From assembly GCA_964016885.1 (NCBI GenBank), contig OZ024740.1:290408001-290472000 (forward strand): DNA of 64,000 nucleotides, read 5' to 3'. The position numbers and the translations under genes are program-made. The stretch is from Eledone cirrhosa (lineage: Eukaryota). Positions 1 through 15,000 of this stretch are shown here, one piece after another (position 1 is the stretch's first letter; every line of letters begins with the position of its first letter). The notes below the pieces were generated by a model. It was not told the origin of the DNA, made no database searches, and saw only the letters and a program-made list of their open reading frames with translations.

Positions 1-3000
1 TACTGATGTTATTACTCTTGCTTCTGTTGTTGGAGTTGTTGATGTTGTCATTGATATTGCTGTTATTACTGATGTTATTAGTCTTGCTTCTGTTGTTGGA
101 GTTGTTGATGTTGTCATTGATATTGTTGTTATTACTGTTGTTGTTACTCTTACTTCTGCTGTTGGTGTTGTTGATGTTGTCATTGATATTGCTGTTATTA
201 CTGTTGTTGTTACTCTTCCTTCTGTTGTTGGATTTGTTGATGTTGTCATTGATATTGCTGTTATTGCTGTTGTTCTTACTCTTGCTTCTGTTGTTGGAGT
301 TGTTGATGTTGTCATTGATATTGCTGATATTACTGTTGTTGTTACTCTTCCTTCTGCTGTTGGAGTTGTTGATGTTGTCATTGATATTGCTGTTATTACT
401 GTTGTTGTTACTCTTCCTTCTGTTGTTGGAGTTGTTGATGTTGTCATTGATATTGCTGTTATTACTGTTGTTGTTACTCTTGCTTCTGTGGATGGAGTTG
501 TTGATGTTGTCATTGATATTGCTGTTATTACTGTTGTTGTTACTCTTCCTTCTGTTGTTGGAGTTGTTGATGTTGTCATTGATATTGCTGTTATTGCTGT
601 TGTTCTTACTCTTGCTTCTGTTGTTGGAGTTGTTGATGTTGTCATTGATATTGCTGTTATTACTGTTATTGTTACTCTTCCTTCTGTTGTTGGAGTTGTT
701 GATGTTGTCATTGATATTGCTGTTATTACATTTGTTGTTACTCTTCCTTCTGTTGTTGGAGTTGTTGATGTTGTCATTGATATTGCTGATATTAGTTTTG
801 TTGTTACTCTTCCTTCTGCTGTTGGAGCTGTTGATGTTGTCATTGATATTGCTGTAATTACTGTTGTTGTTACTCTTACTTCTGCTGTTGGTGTTGTTGA
901 TGTTGTCATTGATATTGCTGTTATTACTGATGTTATTACTCTTGCTTCTGATGTTGGAGTTCTTGATGTTGTCATTGATATTGCTGTTATTACTGTTGTT
1001 GTTACTCTTACTTCTGCTGTTGGTGTTGTTGATGTTGTCATTGATATTGCTGTTATTACTGATGTTATTACTCTTGCTTCTGATGTTGGAGTTCTTGATG
1101 TTGTCATTGATATTGCTGTCATTGCTGTTGTTGTTACTCTTCCTTCTGTTGTTGGAGTTGTTGATGTTGTCATTGATATTGCTGTTATTACTGTTGTTGT
1201 TACTCTTGCTTCTGTGGGTGGAGTTGTTGATGTTGTCATTGATATTGCTGTTATTACTGATGTTATTACTCTTGCTTCTGTTGTTGGAGTTGTTGATGTT
1301 GTCATTGATATTGCTGTTATTACTGATGTTATTACTCTTGCTTCTGTTGTTGGAGTTGTTGATGTTGTCATTGATATTGCTGTTATTTCTGTTGTTGTTA
1401 CTCTTGCTTCTGTTGTTGGAGTTGTTGATGTTGTCATTGATATTGCTGTTATTACTGATGTTATTACTCTTGCTTCTGTTGTTGGAGTTGTTGATGTTGT
1501 CATTGATATTGCTGTTATTACTGTTGTTGTTACTCTTGCTTCTGTTGTTGGAGTTGTTGATGTTGTCATTGATATTGCTGTTATTACTGACGTTATTACT
1601 CTTGCTTCTGTTGTTGGAGTTGTTGATGTTGTCATTGATATTGCTGTTATTACTGTTGTTCTTACCCTTGCTTCTGTTGTTGGAGTTGTTGATGTTGTCA
1701 TTGATATTGCTGTTATTACTGATGTTATTACTCTTGCTTCTGTTGTTGGAGTTGTTGATGTCATTGATATTGCTGTAATTACTGATGTTATTAGTCTTGC
1801 TTCTGTTGTTGGAGTTGTTGATGTTGTCATTGATATTGCTGTTATTGCTGTTGTTGTTACTCTTCCTTCTGTTGTTGTAGTTGTTGATGTTGTCATTGAT
1901 ATTGCTGTTATTACTGTTGTTGTTACTCTTGCTTCTGTGGGTGGAGTTGTTGATGTTGTCATTGATATTGCTGTTATTACTGTTGTTGTTACTCTTCCTT
2001 CTGTTGTTGGAGTTGTTGATGTTGTCATTGATATTGCTGTTATTACTGTTGTTGTTACTCTTCCTTCTGTTGTTGGAGTTGTTGATGTTGTCATTGATAT
2101 TGCTGTTATTGCTGTTGTTCTTACTCTTGCTTCTGTTGTTGGAGTTGTTGATGTTGTCATTGATATTGCTGTTATTACTGTTATTGTTACTCTTCCTTCT
2201 GTTGTTGGAGTTGTTGATGTTGTCATTGATATTGCTGTTATTACTGATGTTGTTACTCTTCCTTCTGTTGTTGGAGTTGTTGATGTTGTCATTGATATTG
2301 CTGATATTACTGTTGTTGTTACTCTTCCTTCTGCTGTTGGAGTTGTTGATGTTGTCATTGATATTGCTGTTATTACTGTTGTTGTTACTCTTCCTTCTGT
2401 TGTTGGAGTTGTTGATGTTGTCATTGATATTGCTGTTATTACTGTTGTTGTTACTCTTGCTTCTGTGGGTGGAGTTGTTGTTGTTGTCATTGATATTGCT
2501 GTTATTACTGTTGTTGTTACTCTTCCTTCTGTTGTTGGAGTTGTTGATGTTGTCATTGATATTGCTGTTATTGCTGTTGTTCTTACTCTTGCTTCTGTTG
2601 TTGGAGTTGTTGATGTTGTCATTGATATTGCTGTTATTACTGTTATTGTTACTCTTCCTTCTGTTGTTGGAGTTGTTGATGTTGTCATTGATATTGCTGT
2701 TATTACTGTTGTTGTTACTCTTCCTTCTGCTGTTGGAGTTGTTGATGTTGTCATTGATATTGCTGTTATTACTGTTGTTGTTACTCTTGCTTCTGTGGGT
2801 GGAGTTGTTGATGTTGTCATTGATATTGCTGTTATTACTGTTGTTGTTACTCTTCCTTCTGTTGTTGGAGTTGTTGATGTTGTCATTGATATTGCTGTTA
2901 TAGCTGTTGTTCTTACTCTTGCTTCTGTTGTTGGAGTTGTTGATGTTGTCATTGATATTGCTGTTATTACTGTTATTGTTACTCTTCCTTCTGTTGTTGG

Positions 3001-6000
3001 AGTTGTTGATGTTGTCATTGATATTGCTGTTATTACTGTTGTTGTTACTCTTCCTTCTGTTGTTGGAGTTGTTGATGTTGTCATTGATATTGCTGTTATT
3101 AGAGTTGTTGTTACTCTTCCTTCTGTTGTTGGAGTTGTTGATGTTGTCATTGATATTGCTGTTATTACTGTTGTTGTTACTCTTGCTTCTGTGGGTGGAG
3201 TTGTTGATGTTGTCATTGATATTGCTGATATTAATTTTGTTGTTACTCTTCCTTCTGCTGTTGGAGCTGTTGATGTTGTCATTGATATTGCTGTTATTAC
3301 TGTTGTTGTTACTCTTCCTTCTGTTGTTGGAGTTGTTGATGTTGTCATTGATATTGCTGTTATTACTGTTGTTGTTACTCTTGCTTCTGTGGGTGGAGTT
3401 GTTGATGTTGTCATTGATATTGCTGATATTAATTTTGTTGTTACTCTTCCTTCTGCTGTTGGAGCTGTTGATGTTGTCATTGATATTGCTGTTATTACTG
3501 TTGTTGTTACTCTTCCTTCTGTTGTTGGAGTTGTTGATGTTGTCATTGATATTGCTGTTATTACTGTTGTTGTTACTCTTGCTTCTGTGGGTGGAGTTGT
3601 TGATGTTGTCATTGATATTGCTGTTATTACTGATGTTATTACTCTTGCTTCTGTTGTTGGAGTTGTTGATGTTGTCATTGATATTGCTGTTATTACTGAT
3701 GTTATTACTCTTAGTTCTGTTGTTGGAGTTGTTGATGTTGTCATTGATATTGCTGTTATTTCTGTTGTTGTTACTCTTGCTTCTGTTGTTGGAGTTGTTG
3801 ATGTTGTCATTGATATTGCTGTTATTACTGATGTTATTACTCTTGCTTCTGTTGTTGGAGTTGTTGATGTTGTCATTGATATTGCTGTTATTACTGTTGT
3901 TGTTACTCTTGCTTCTGTTGTTGGAGTTGTTGATGTTGTCATTGATATTGCTGTTATTACTGATGTTATTACTCTTGCTTCTGTTGTTGGAGTTGTTGAT
4001 GTTGTCATTGATATTGCTGTTATTACTGTTGTTCTTACCCTTGCTTCTGTTGTTGGAGTTGTTGATGTTGTCATTGATATTGCTGTTATTACTGATGTTA
4101 TTACTCTTGCTTCTGTTGTTGGAGTTGTTGATGTTGTCATTGATATTGCTGTTATTACTGATGTTATTAGTCTTGCTTCTGTTGTTGGAGTTGTTGATGT
4201 TGTCATTGATATTGTTGTTATTACTGTTGTTGTTACTCTTACTTCTGCTGTTGGTGTTGTTGATGTTGTCATTGATATTGCTGTTATTACTCTTGTTGTT
4301 ACTCTTCCTTCTGTTGTTGGATTTGTTGATGTTGTCATTGATATTGCTGTTATTGCTGTTGTTCTTACTCTTGCTTCTGTTGTTGGAGTTGTTGATGTTG
4401 TCATTGATATTGCTGATATTACTGTTGTTGTTACTCTTCCTTCTGCTGTTGGAGTTGTTGATGTTGTCATTGATATTGCTGTTATTACTGTTGTTGTTAC
4501 TCTTCCTTCTGTTGTTGGAGTTGTTGATGTTGTCATTGATATTGCTGTTATTACTGTTGTTGTTACTCTTGCTTCTGTGGGTGGAGTTGTTGATGTTGTC
4601 ATTGATATTGCTGTTATTACTGATGTTATTACTCTTGCTTCTGTTGTTGGAGTTGTTGATGTTGTCATTGATATTGCTGTTATTACTGATGTTATTACTC
4701 TTAGTTCTGTTGTTGGAGTTGTTGATGTTGTCATTGATATTGCTGTTATTTCTGTTGTTGTTACTCTTGCTTCTGTTGTTGGAGTTGTTGATGTTGTCAT
4801 TGATATTGCTGTTATTACTGATGTTATTACTCTTGCTTCTGTTGTTGGAGTTGTTGATGTTGTCATTGATATTGCTGTTATTACTGTTGTTGTTACTCTT
4901 GCTTCTGTTGTTGGAGTTGTTGATGTTGTCATTGATATTGCTGTTATTACTGATGTTATTACTCTTGCTTCTGTTGTTGGAGTTGTTGATGTTGTCATTG
5001 ATATTGCTGTTATTACTGTTGTTCTTACCCTTGCTTCTGTTGTTGGAGTTGTTGATGTTGTCATTGATATTGCTGTTATTACTGATGTTATTACTCTTGC
5101 TTCTGTTGTTGGAGTTGTTGATGTTGTCATTGATATTGCTGTTATTACTGATGTTATTAGTCTTGCTTCTGTTGTTGGAGTTGTTGATGTTGTCATTGAT
5201 ATTGTTGTTATTACTGTTGTTGTTACTCTTACTTCTGCTGTTGGTGTTGTTGATGTTGTCATTGATATTGCTGTTATTACTGTTGTTGTTACTCTTCCTT
5301 CTGTTGTTGGATTTGTTGATGTTGTCATTGATATTGCTGTTATTGCTGTTGTTCTTACTCTTGCTTCTGTTGTTGGAGTTGTTGATGTTGTCATTGATAT
5401 TGCTGATATTACTGTTGTTATTACTCTTCCTTCTGCTGTTGGAGTTGTTGATGTTGTCATTGATATTGCTGTTATTACTGTTGTTGTTACTCTTCCTTCT
5501 GTTGTTGGAGTTGTTGATGTTGTCATTGATATTGCTGTTATTACTGTTGTTGTTACTCTTGCTTCTGTGGGTGGAGTTGTTGATGTTGTCATTGATATTG
5601 CTGTTATTACTGATGTTAATACTCTTGCTTCTGTGGGTGGAGTTGTTGATGTTGTCATTGATATTGCTGTTATTACTGTTGTTGTTACTCTTCCTTCTGT
5701 TGTTGGAGTTGTTGATGTTGTCATTGATATTGCTGATATTAGTTTTGTTGTTACTCTTCCTTCTGCTGTTGGAGCTGTTGATGTTGTCATTGATATTGCT
5801 GTTATTACTGTTGTTGTTACTCTTCCTTCTGTTGTTGGAGTTGTTGATGTTGTCATTGATATTGCTGTTATTACTGTTGTTGTTACTCTTGCTTCTGTGG
5901 GTGGAGTTGTTGATGTTGTCATTGATATTGCTGTTATTACTGATGTTATTACTCTTGCTTCTGTTGTTGGAGTTGTTGATGTTGTCATTGATATTGCTGT

Positions 6001-9000
6001 TATTACTGATGTTATTACTCTTGCTTCTGTTGTTGGAGTTGTTGATGTTGTCATTGATATTGCTGTTATTTCTGTTGTTGTTACTCTTGCTTCTGTTGTT
6101 GGAGTTGTTGATGTTGTCATTGATATTGCTGTTATTACTGATGTTATTACTCTTGCTTCTGTTGTTGGAGTTGTTGATGTTGTCATTGATATTGCTGTTA
6201 TTACTGTTGTTGTTACTCTTGCTTCTGTTGTTGGAGTTGTTGATGTTGTCATTGATATTGCTGTTATTACTGATGTTATTACTCTTGCTTCTGTTGTTGG
6301 AGTTGTTGATGTTGTCATTGATATTGCTGTTATTACTGTTGTTCTTACCCTTGCTTCTGTTGTTGGAGTTGTTGATGTTGTCATTGATATTGCTGTTATT
6401 ACTGATGTTATTACTCTTGCTTCTGTTGTTGGAGTTGTTGATGTTGTCATTGATATTGCTGTTATTACTGATGTTATTAGTCTTGCTTCTGTTGTTGGAG
6501 TTGTTGATGTTGTCATTGATATTGTTGTTATTACTGTTGTTGTTACTCTTACTTCTGCTGTTGGTGTTGTTGATGTTGTCATTGATATTGCTGTTATTAC
6601 TGATGTTATTACTCTTTCTTCTGATGTTGGAGTTGTTGATGTTGTCATTGATATTGCTGTTATTACTGTTGTTGTTACTCTTACTTCTGCTGTTGGTGTT
6701 GTTGATGTTGTCATTGATATTGCTGTTATTACTGATGTTATTACTCTTGCTTCTGATGTTGGAGTTCTTGATGTTGTCATTGATATTGCTGTCATTGCTG
6801 TTGTTGTTACTCTTCCTTCTGTTGTTGGAGTTGTTGATGTTGTCATTGATATTGCTGTTATTACTGTTGTTGTTACTCTTGCTTCTGTTGTTGGAGTTGT
6901 TGATGTTGTCATTGATATTGCTGTTATTACTGTTGTTGTTACTCTTCCTTCTGTTGTTGGAGTTGTTGATGTTGTCATTGATATTGCTGTTATTGCTGTT
7001 GTTCTTACTCTTGCTTCTGTTGTTGGAGTTGTTGATGTTGTCATTGATATTGCTGTTATTACTGTTATTGTTACTCTTCCTTCTGTTGTTGGAGTTGTTG
7101 ATGTTGTCATTGATATTGCTGTTATTACTGATGTTGTTACTCTTCCTTCTGTTGTTGGAGTTGTTGATGTTGTCATTGATATTGCTGATATTACTGTTGT
7201 TGTTACTCTTCCTTCTGCTGTTGGAGTTGTTGATGTTGTCATTGATATTGCTGTTATTACTGTTGTTGTTACTCTTCCTTCTGTTGTTGGAGTTGTTGAT
7301 GTTGTCATTGATATTGCTGTTATTACTGATGTTATTACTCTTGCTTCTGTTGTTGGAGTTGTTGATGTTGTCATTGATATTGCTGTTATTACTGTTGTTC
7401 TTACCCTTGCTTCTGTTGTTGGAGTTGTTGATGTTGTCATTGATATTGCTGTTATTACTGATGTTATTACTCTTGCTTCTGTTGTTGGAGTTGTTGATGT
7501 TGTCATTGATATTGCTGTTATTACTGATGTTATTAGTCTTGCTTCTGTTGTTGGAGTTGTTGATGTTGTCATTGATATTGTTGTTATTACTGTTGTTGTT
7601 ACTCTTACTTCTGCTGTTGGTGTTGTTGATGTTGTCATTGATATTGCTGTTATTACTGTTGTTGTTACTCTTCCTTCTGTTGTTGGATTTGTTGATGTTG
7701 TCATTGATATTGCTGTTATTGCTGTTGTTCTTACTCTTGCTTCTGTTGTTGGAGTTGTTGATGTTGTCATTGATATTGCTGATATTACTGTTGTTGTTAC
7801 TCTTCCTTCTGCTGTTGGAGTTGTTGATGTTGTCATTGATATTGCTGTTATTACTGTTGTTGTTACTCTTCCTTCTGTTGTTGGAGTTGTTGATGTTGTC
7901 ATTGATATTGCTGTTATTACTGTTGTTGTTACTCTTGCTTCTGTGGATGGAGTTGTTGATGTTGTCATTGATATTGCTGTTATTACTGTTGTTGTTACTC
8001 TTCCTTCTGTTGTTGGAGTTGTTGATGTTGTCATTGATATTGCTGTTATTGCTGTTGTTCTTACTCTTGCTTCTGTTGTTGGAGTTGTTGATGTTGTCAT
8101 TGATATTGCTGTTATTACTGTTATTGTTACTCTTCCTTCTGTTGTTGGAGTTGTTGATGTTGTCATTGATATTGCTGTTATTACATTTGTTGTTACTCTT
8201 CCTTCTGTTGTTGGAGTTGTTGATGTTGTCATTGATATTGCTGATATTAGTTTTGTTGTTACTCTTCCTTCTGCTGTTGGAGCTGTTGATGTTGTCATTG
8301 ATATTGCTGTAATTACTGTTGTTGTTACTCTTACTTCTGCTGTTGGTGTTGTTGATGTTGTCATTGATATTGCTGTTATTACTGATGTTATTACTCTTTC
8401 TTCTGATGTTGGAGTTGTTGATGTTGTCATTGATATTGCTGTTATTACTGTTGTTGTTACTCTTACTTCTGCTGTTGGTGTTGTTGATGTTGTCATTGAT
8501 ATTGCTGTTATTACTGATGTTATTACTCTTGCTTCTGATGTTGGAGTTCTTGATGTTGTCATTGATATTGCTGTCATTGCTGTTGTTGTTACTCTTCCTT
8601 CTGTTGTTGGAGTTGTTGATGTTGTCATTGATATTGCTGTTATTACTGTTGTTGTTACTCTTGCTTCTGTGGGTGGAGTTGTTGATGTTGTCATTGATAT
8701 TGCTGTTATTACTGATGTTATTACTCTTGCTTCTGTTGTTGGAGTTGTTGATGTTGTCATTGATATTGCTGTTATTACTGATGTTATTACTCTTGCTTCT
8801 GTTGTTGGAGTTGTTGATGTTGTCATTGATATTGCTGTTATTTCTGTTGTTGTTACTCTTGCTTCTGTTGTTGGAGTTGTTGATGTTGTCATTGATATTG
8901 CTGTTATTACTGATGTTATTACTCTTGCTTCTGTTGTTGGAGTTGTTGATGTTGTCATTGATATTGCTGTTATTACTGTTGTTGTTACTCTTGCTTCTGT

Positions 9001-12000
9001 TGTTGGAGTTGTTGATGTTGTCATTGATATTGCTGTTATTACTGACGTTATTACTCTTGCTTCTGTTGTTGGAGTTGTTGATGTTGTCATTGATATTGCT
9101 GTTATTACTGTTGTTCTTACCCTTGCTTCTGTTGTTGGAGTTGTTGATGTTGTCATTGATATTGCTGTTATTACTGATGTTATTACTCTTGCTTCTGTTG
9201 TTGGAGTTGTTGATGTCATTGATATTGCTGTAATTACTGATGTTATTAGTCTTGCTTCTGTTGTTGGAGTTGTTGATGTTGTCATTGATATTGCTGTTAT
9301 TGCTGTTGTTGTTACTCTTCCTTCTGTTGTTGTAGTTGTTGATGTTGTCATTGATATTGCTGTTATTACTGTTGTTGTTACTCTTGCTTCTGTGGGTGGA
9401 GTTGTTGATGTTGTCATTGATATTGCTGTTATTACTGTTGTTGTTACTCTTCCTTCTGTTGTTGGAGTTGTTGATGTTGTCATTGATATTGCTGTTATTA
9501 CTGTTGTTGTTACTCTTCCTTCTGTTGTTGGAGTTGTTGATGTTGTCATTGATATTGCTGTTATTGCTGTTGTTCTTACTCTTGCTTCTGTTGTTGGAGT
9601 TGTTGATGTTGTCATTGATATTGCTGTTATTACTGTTATTGTTACTCTTCCTTCTGTTGTTGGAGTTGTTGATGTTGTCATTGATATTGCTGTTATTACT
9701 GATGTTGTTACTCTTCCTTCTGTTGTTGGAGTTGTTGATGTTGTCATTGATATTGCTGATATTACTGTTGTTGTTACTCTTCCTTCTGCTGTTGGAGTTG
9801 TTGATGTTGTCATTGATATTGCTGTTATTACTGTTGTTGTTACTCTTCCTTCTGTTGTTGGAGTTGTTGATGTTGTCATTGATATTGCTGTTATTACTGT
9901 TGTTGTTACTCTTGCTTCTGTGGGTGGAGTTGTTGTTGTTGTCATTGATATTGCTGTTATTACTGTTGTTGTTACTCTTCCTTCTGTTGTTGGAGTTGTT
10001 GATGTTGTCATTGATATTGCTGTTATTGCTGTTGTTCTTACTCTTGCTTCTGTTGTTGGAGTTGTTGATGTTGTCATTGATATTGCTGTTATTACTGTTA
10101 TTGTTACTCTTCCTTCTGTTGTTGGAGTTGTTGATGTTGTCATTGATATTGCTGTTATTACTGTTGTTGTTACTCTTCCTTCTGTTGTTGGAGTTGTTGA
10201 TGTTGTCATTGATATTGCTGATATTAGTTTTGTTGTTACTCTTCCTTCTGCTGTTGGAGCTGTTGATGTTGTCATTGATATTGCTGTTATTACTGTTGTT
10301 GTTACTCTTGCTTCTGTTGTTGGAGTTGTTGATGTTGTCATTGATATTGCTGATATTACTGTTGTTGTTACTCTTGCTTCTGTGGGTGGAGTTGTTGATG
10401 TTGTCATTGATATTGCTGTTATTACTGTTGTTGTTACTCTTGCTTCTGTTGGTGGAGTTGTTGATGTTGTCATTGATATTGCTGATATTACTGTTGTTGT
10501 AACTCTTGCTTCTCTTGGTGGAGTTGTTGATGTTGTCATTGATATTGCTGTTATTACTGTTGTTGTTACTCTTGCTTCTGTTGGTGGAGTTGTTGATGTT
10601 ATCATTGATATTGCTGTTATTACTGTTGTTGTTACTCTTGCTTTTGTTGTTGGAGTTGTTGATGTTGTCATTGATATTGCTGTTATTACTGTTATTGTTA
10701 CTCTTCCTTCTGTTGTTGGAGTTGTTGATGTTGTCATTGATATTGCTGTTATTACTGTTGTTGTTACTCTTCCTTCTGTTGTTGGAGCTGTTGATGTTGT
10801 CATTGATATTGCTGTTATTACTGTTGTTGTTACTCTTCCTTCTGTTGTTGTAGTTGTTGATGTTGTCATTGATATTGCTGTTATTACTGTTGTTGTTACT
10901 CTTCCTTCTGTTGTTGGAGTTGTTGATGTTGTCATTGATATTATTGTTATTGCTGTTGTTCTTACTCTTGCTTCTGTTGTTGGAGTTGTTGATGTTGTCA
11001 TTGATATTGCTGTTATTACTGTTGTTGTTACTCTTCCTTCTGTTGTTGGAGCTGTTGATGTTGTCATTGATATTGCTGTTATTACTGTTGTTGTTACTCT
11101 TCCTTCTGTTGTTGTAGTTGTTGATGTTGTCATTGATATTGCTGTTATTACTGTTGTTGTTACTCTTCCTTCTGTTGTTGGAGTTGTTGATGTTGTCATT
11201 GATATTATTGTTATTGCTGTTGTTCTTACTCTTGCTTCTGTTGTTGGAGTTGTTGATGTTGTCATTGATATTGCTGTTATTACTGTTGTTGTTACTCTTC
11301 CTTCTGTTGTTGGAGTTGTTGATGTTGTCATTGATATTGCTGTTATTACTGTTATTGTTACTCTTCCTTCTGTTGTTGTTGTTGATGTTGTCATTGATAT
11401 TGCTGTTATTACTGTTGTTGTTACTCTTCCTTCTGTTGTTGGTGTTGTTGATGTTGTCATTGATATTGCTGTTATTACTGATGTTGTTACTCTTCCTTCT
11501 GTTGTTGGAGTTGTTGATGGTGTCATTGATATTGCTGATATTACTGTTGTTGTTACTCTTCCTTCTGCTGTTGGAGTTGTTGATGTTGTCATTGATATTG
11601 CTGTTATTACTGTTGTTGTTACTCTTCCTTCTGCTGTTGGAGTTGTTGATGTTGTCATTGATATTGCTGTTATTACTGTTGTTGTTACTCTTGCTTCTGT
11701 GGGTGGAGTTGTTGATGTTGTCATTGATATTGCTGTTATTACTGTTGTTGTTACTCTTGCTTCTGTGGGTGGAGTTGTTGATGTTGTCATTGATATTGCT
11801 GTTATTACTGTTGTTGTTACTCTTCCTTCTGTTGTTGGAGTTGTTGATGTTGTCATTGATATTGCTGTTATTGCTGTTGTTCTTACTCTTGCTTCTGTTG
11901 TTGGAGTTGTTGATGTTGTCATTGATATTGCTGTTATTACTGTTATTGTTACTCTTCCTTCTGTTGTTGTTGTTGATGTTGTCATTGATATTGCTGTTAT

Positions 12001-15000
12001 TACTGTTGTTGTTACTCTTCCTTCTGTTGTTGGTGTTGTTGATGTTGTCATTGATATTGCTGTTATTACTGTTGTTGTTACTCTTCCTTCTGTTGTTGGT
12101 GTTGTTGATGTTGTCATTGATATTGCTGTTATTACTGATGTTGTTACTCTTCCTTCTGTTGTTGGAGTTGTTGATGTGGTCATTGATATTGCTGTTATTG
12201 CTGTTGTTGTTACTCTTCCTTCTGCTGTTGGAGTTGTTGATGTTGTCATTGATATTGCTGTTATTACTGTTGTTGTTACTCTTCCTTCTGTTGTTGGAGT
12301 TGTTGATGTTGTCATTGATATTGCTGTTATTGCTGTTGTTCTTACTCTTGCTTCTGTTGTTGGAGTTGTTGATGTTGTCATTGATATTGCTGTTATTACT
12401 GTTATTGTTACTCTTCCTTCTGTTGTTGGAGTTGTTGATGTTGTCATTGATATTGCTGATATTAATTTTGTTGTTACTCTTCCTTCTGCTGTTGGAGCTG
12501 TTGATGTTGTCATTGATATTGCTGTTATTACTGTTGTTGTTACTCTTCCTTCTGTTGTTGGAGTTGTTGATGTTGTCATTGATATTGCTGTTATTACTGT
12601 TGTTGTTACTCTTCCTTCTGTTGTTGGAGTTGTTGATGTTGTCATTGATATTATTGTTATTACTGTTGTTGTTACTCTTCCTTCTGTTGTTGGAGTTGTT
12701 GATGTTGTCATTGATATTATTGTTATTACTGTTGTTGTTACTCTTCCTTCTGTTGTTGGAGTTGTTGATGTTGTCATTGATATTGCTGTTATTACTGTTG
12801 TTGTTACTCTTCCTTCTGTTGTTGGAGTTGTTGATGTTGTCATTGATATTGCTGTTATTACTGTTGTTGTTACTCTTCCTTCTGTTGTTGGAGTTGTTGA
12901 TGTTGTCAGTGATATTGCTGTTATTACTGTTATTGTTACTCTTGCTTCTGTGGGTGGAGTTGTTGATGTTGTCATTGATATTGCTGTTATTACTGATGTT
13001 ATTACTCTTGCTTCTGTTGTTGGAGTTGTTGATGTTGTCATTGATATTGCTGTTATTTCTGTTGTTGTTACTCTTGCTTCTGTTGTTGGAGTTGTTGATG
13101 TTGTCATTGATATTGCTGTTATTACTGATGTTATTACTCTTGCTTCTGTTGTTGGAGTTGTTGATGTTGTCATTGATATTGCTGTTATTACTGTTGTTGT
13201 TACTCTTGCTTCTGTTGTTGGAGTTGTTGATGTTGTCATTGATATTGCTGTTATTACTGATGTTATTACCCTTGCTTCTGTTGTTGGAGTTGTTGATGTT
13301 GTCATTGATATTGCTGTTATTACTGTTGTTCTTACCCTTGCTTCTGTTGTTGGAGTTGTTGATGTTGTCATTGATATTGCTGTTATTACTGATGTTATTA
13401 CTCTTGCTTCTGTTGTTGGAGTTGTTGATGTTGTCATTGATATTGCTGTTATTACTGATGTTATTAGTCTTGCTTCTGTTGTTGGAGTTGTTGATGTTGT
13501 CATTGATATTGTTGTTATTACTGTTGTTGTTACTCTTACTTCTGCTGTTGGTGTTGTTGATGTTGTCATTGATATTGCTGTTATTACTGTTGTTGTTACT
13601 CTTCCTTCTGTTGTTGGAGTTGTTGATGTTGTCATTGATATTGCTGTTATTGCTGTTGTTCTTACTCTTGCTTCTGTTGTTGGAGTTGTTGATGTTGTCA
13701 TTGATATTGCTGTTATTACTGTTATTGTTACTCTTCCTTCTGTTGTTGGAGTTGTTGATGTTGTCATTGATATTGCTGTTATTACTGATGTTGTTACTCT
13801 TCCTTCTGTTGTTGGAGTTGTTGATGTTGTCATTGATATTGCTGATATTACTGTTGTTGTTACTCTTCCTTCTGCTGTTGGAGTTGTTGATGTTGTCATT
13901 GATATTGCTGTTATTACTGTTGTTGTTACTCTTCCTTCTGTTGTTGGAGTTGTTGATGTTGTCATTGATATTGCTGTTATTACTGTTGTTGTTACTCTTG
14001 CTTCTGTGGGTGGAGTTGTTGATGTTGTCATTGATATTGCTGTTATTACTGTTGTTGTTACTCTTCCTTCTGTTGTTGGAGTTGTTGATGTTGTCATTGA
14101 TATTGCTGTTATTGCTGTTGTTCTTACTCTTGCTTCTGTTGTTGGAGTTGTTGATGTTGTCATTGATATTGCTGTTATTACTGTTATTGTTACTCTTCCT
14201 TCTGTTGTTGGAGTTGTTGATGTTGTCACTGATATTGCTGTTATTACAGTTGTTGTTACTCTTCCTTCTGTTGTTGGAGTTGTTGATGTTGTCATTGATA
14301 TTGCTGATATTAGTTTTGTTGTTACTCTTCCTTCTGCTGTTGGAGCTGTTGATGTTGTCATTGATATTGCTGTTATTACTGTTGTTGTTACTCTTGCTTC
14401 TGTTGTTGGAGTTGTTGATGTTGTCATTGATATTGCTGTTATTACTGTTGTTGTTACTCTTGCTTCTGTGGGTGGAGTTGTTGATGTTGTCATTGATATT
14501 GCTGTTATTACTGATGTTATTACTCTTGCTTCTGTTGTTGGAGTTGTTGATGTTGTCATTGATATTGCTGTTATTACTGATGTTATTACTCTTGCTTCTG
14601 TTGTTGGAGTTGTTGATGTTGTCATTGATAATGCTGTTATTTCTGTTGTTGTTACTCTTGCTTCTGTTGTTGGAGTTGTTGATGTTGTCATTGATATTGC
14701 TGTTATTACTGATGTTATTACTCTTGCTTCTGTTGTTGGAGTTGTTGATGTTGTCATTGATATTGCTGTTATTACTGTTGTTGTTACTCTTGCTTCTGTT
14801 GTTGGAGTTGTTGATGTTGTCATTGATATTGCTGTTATTACTGATGTTATTACTCTTGCTTCTGTTGTTGGAGTTGTTGATGTTGTCATTGATATTGCTG
14901 TTATTACTGTTGTTCTTACCCTTGCTTCTGTTGTTGGAGTTGTTGATGTTGTCATTGATATTGCTGTTATTACTGATGTTATTACTCTTGCTTCTGTTGT

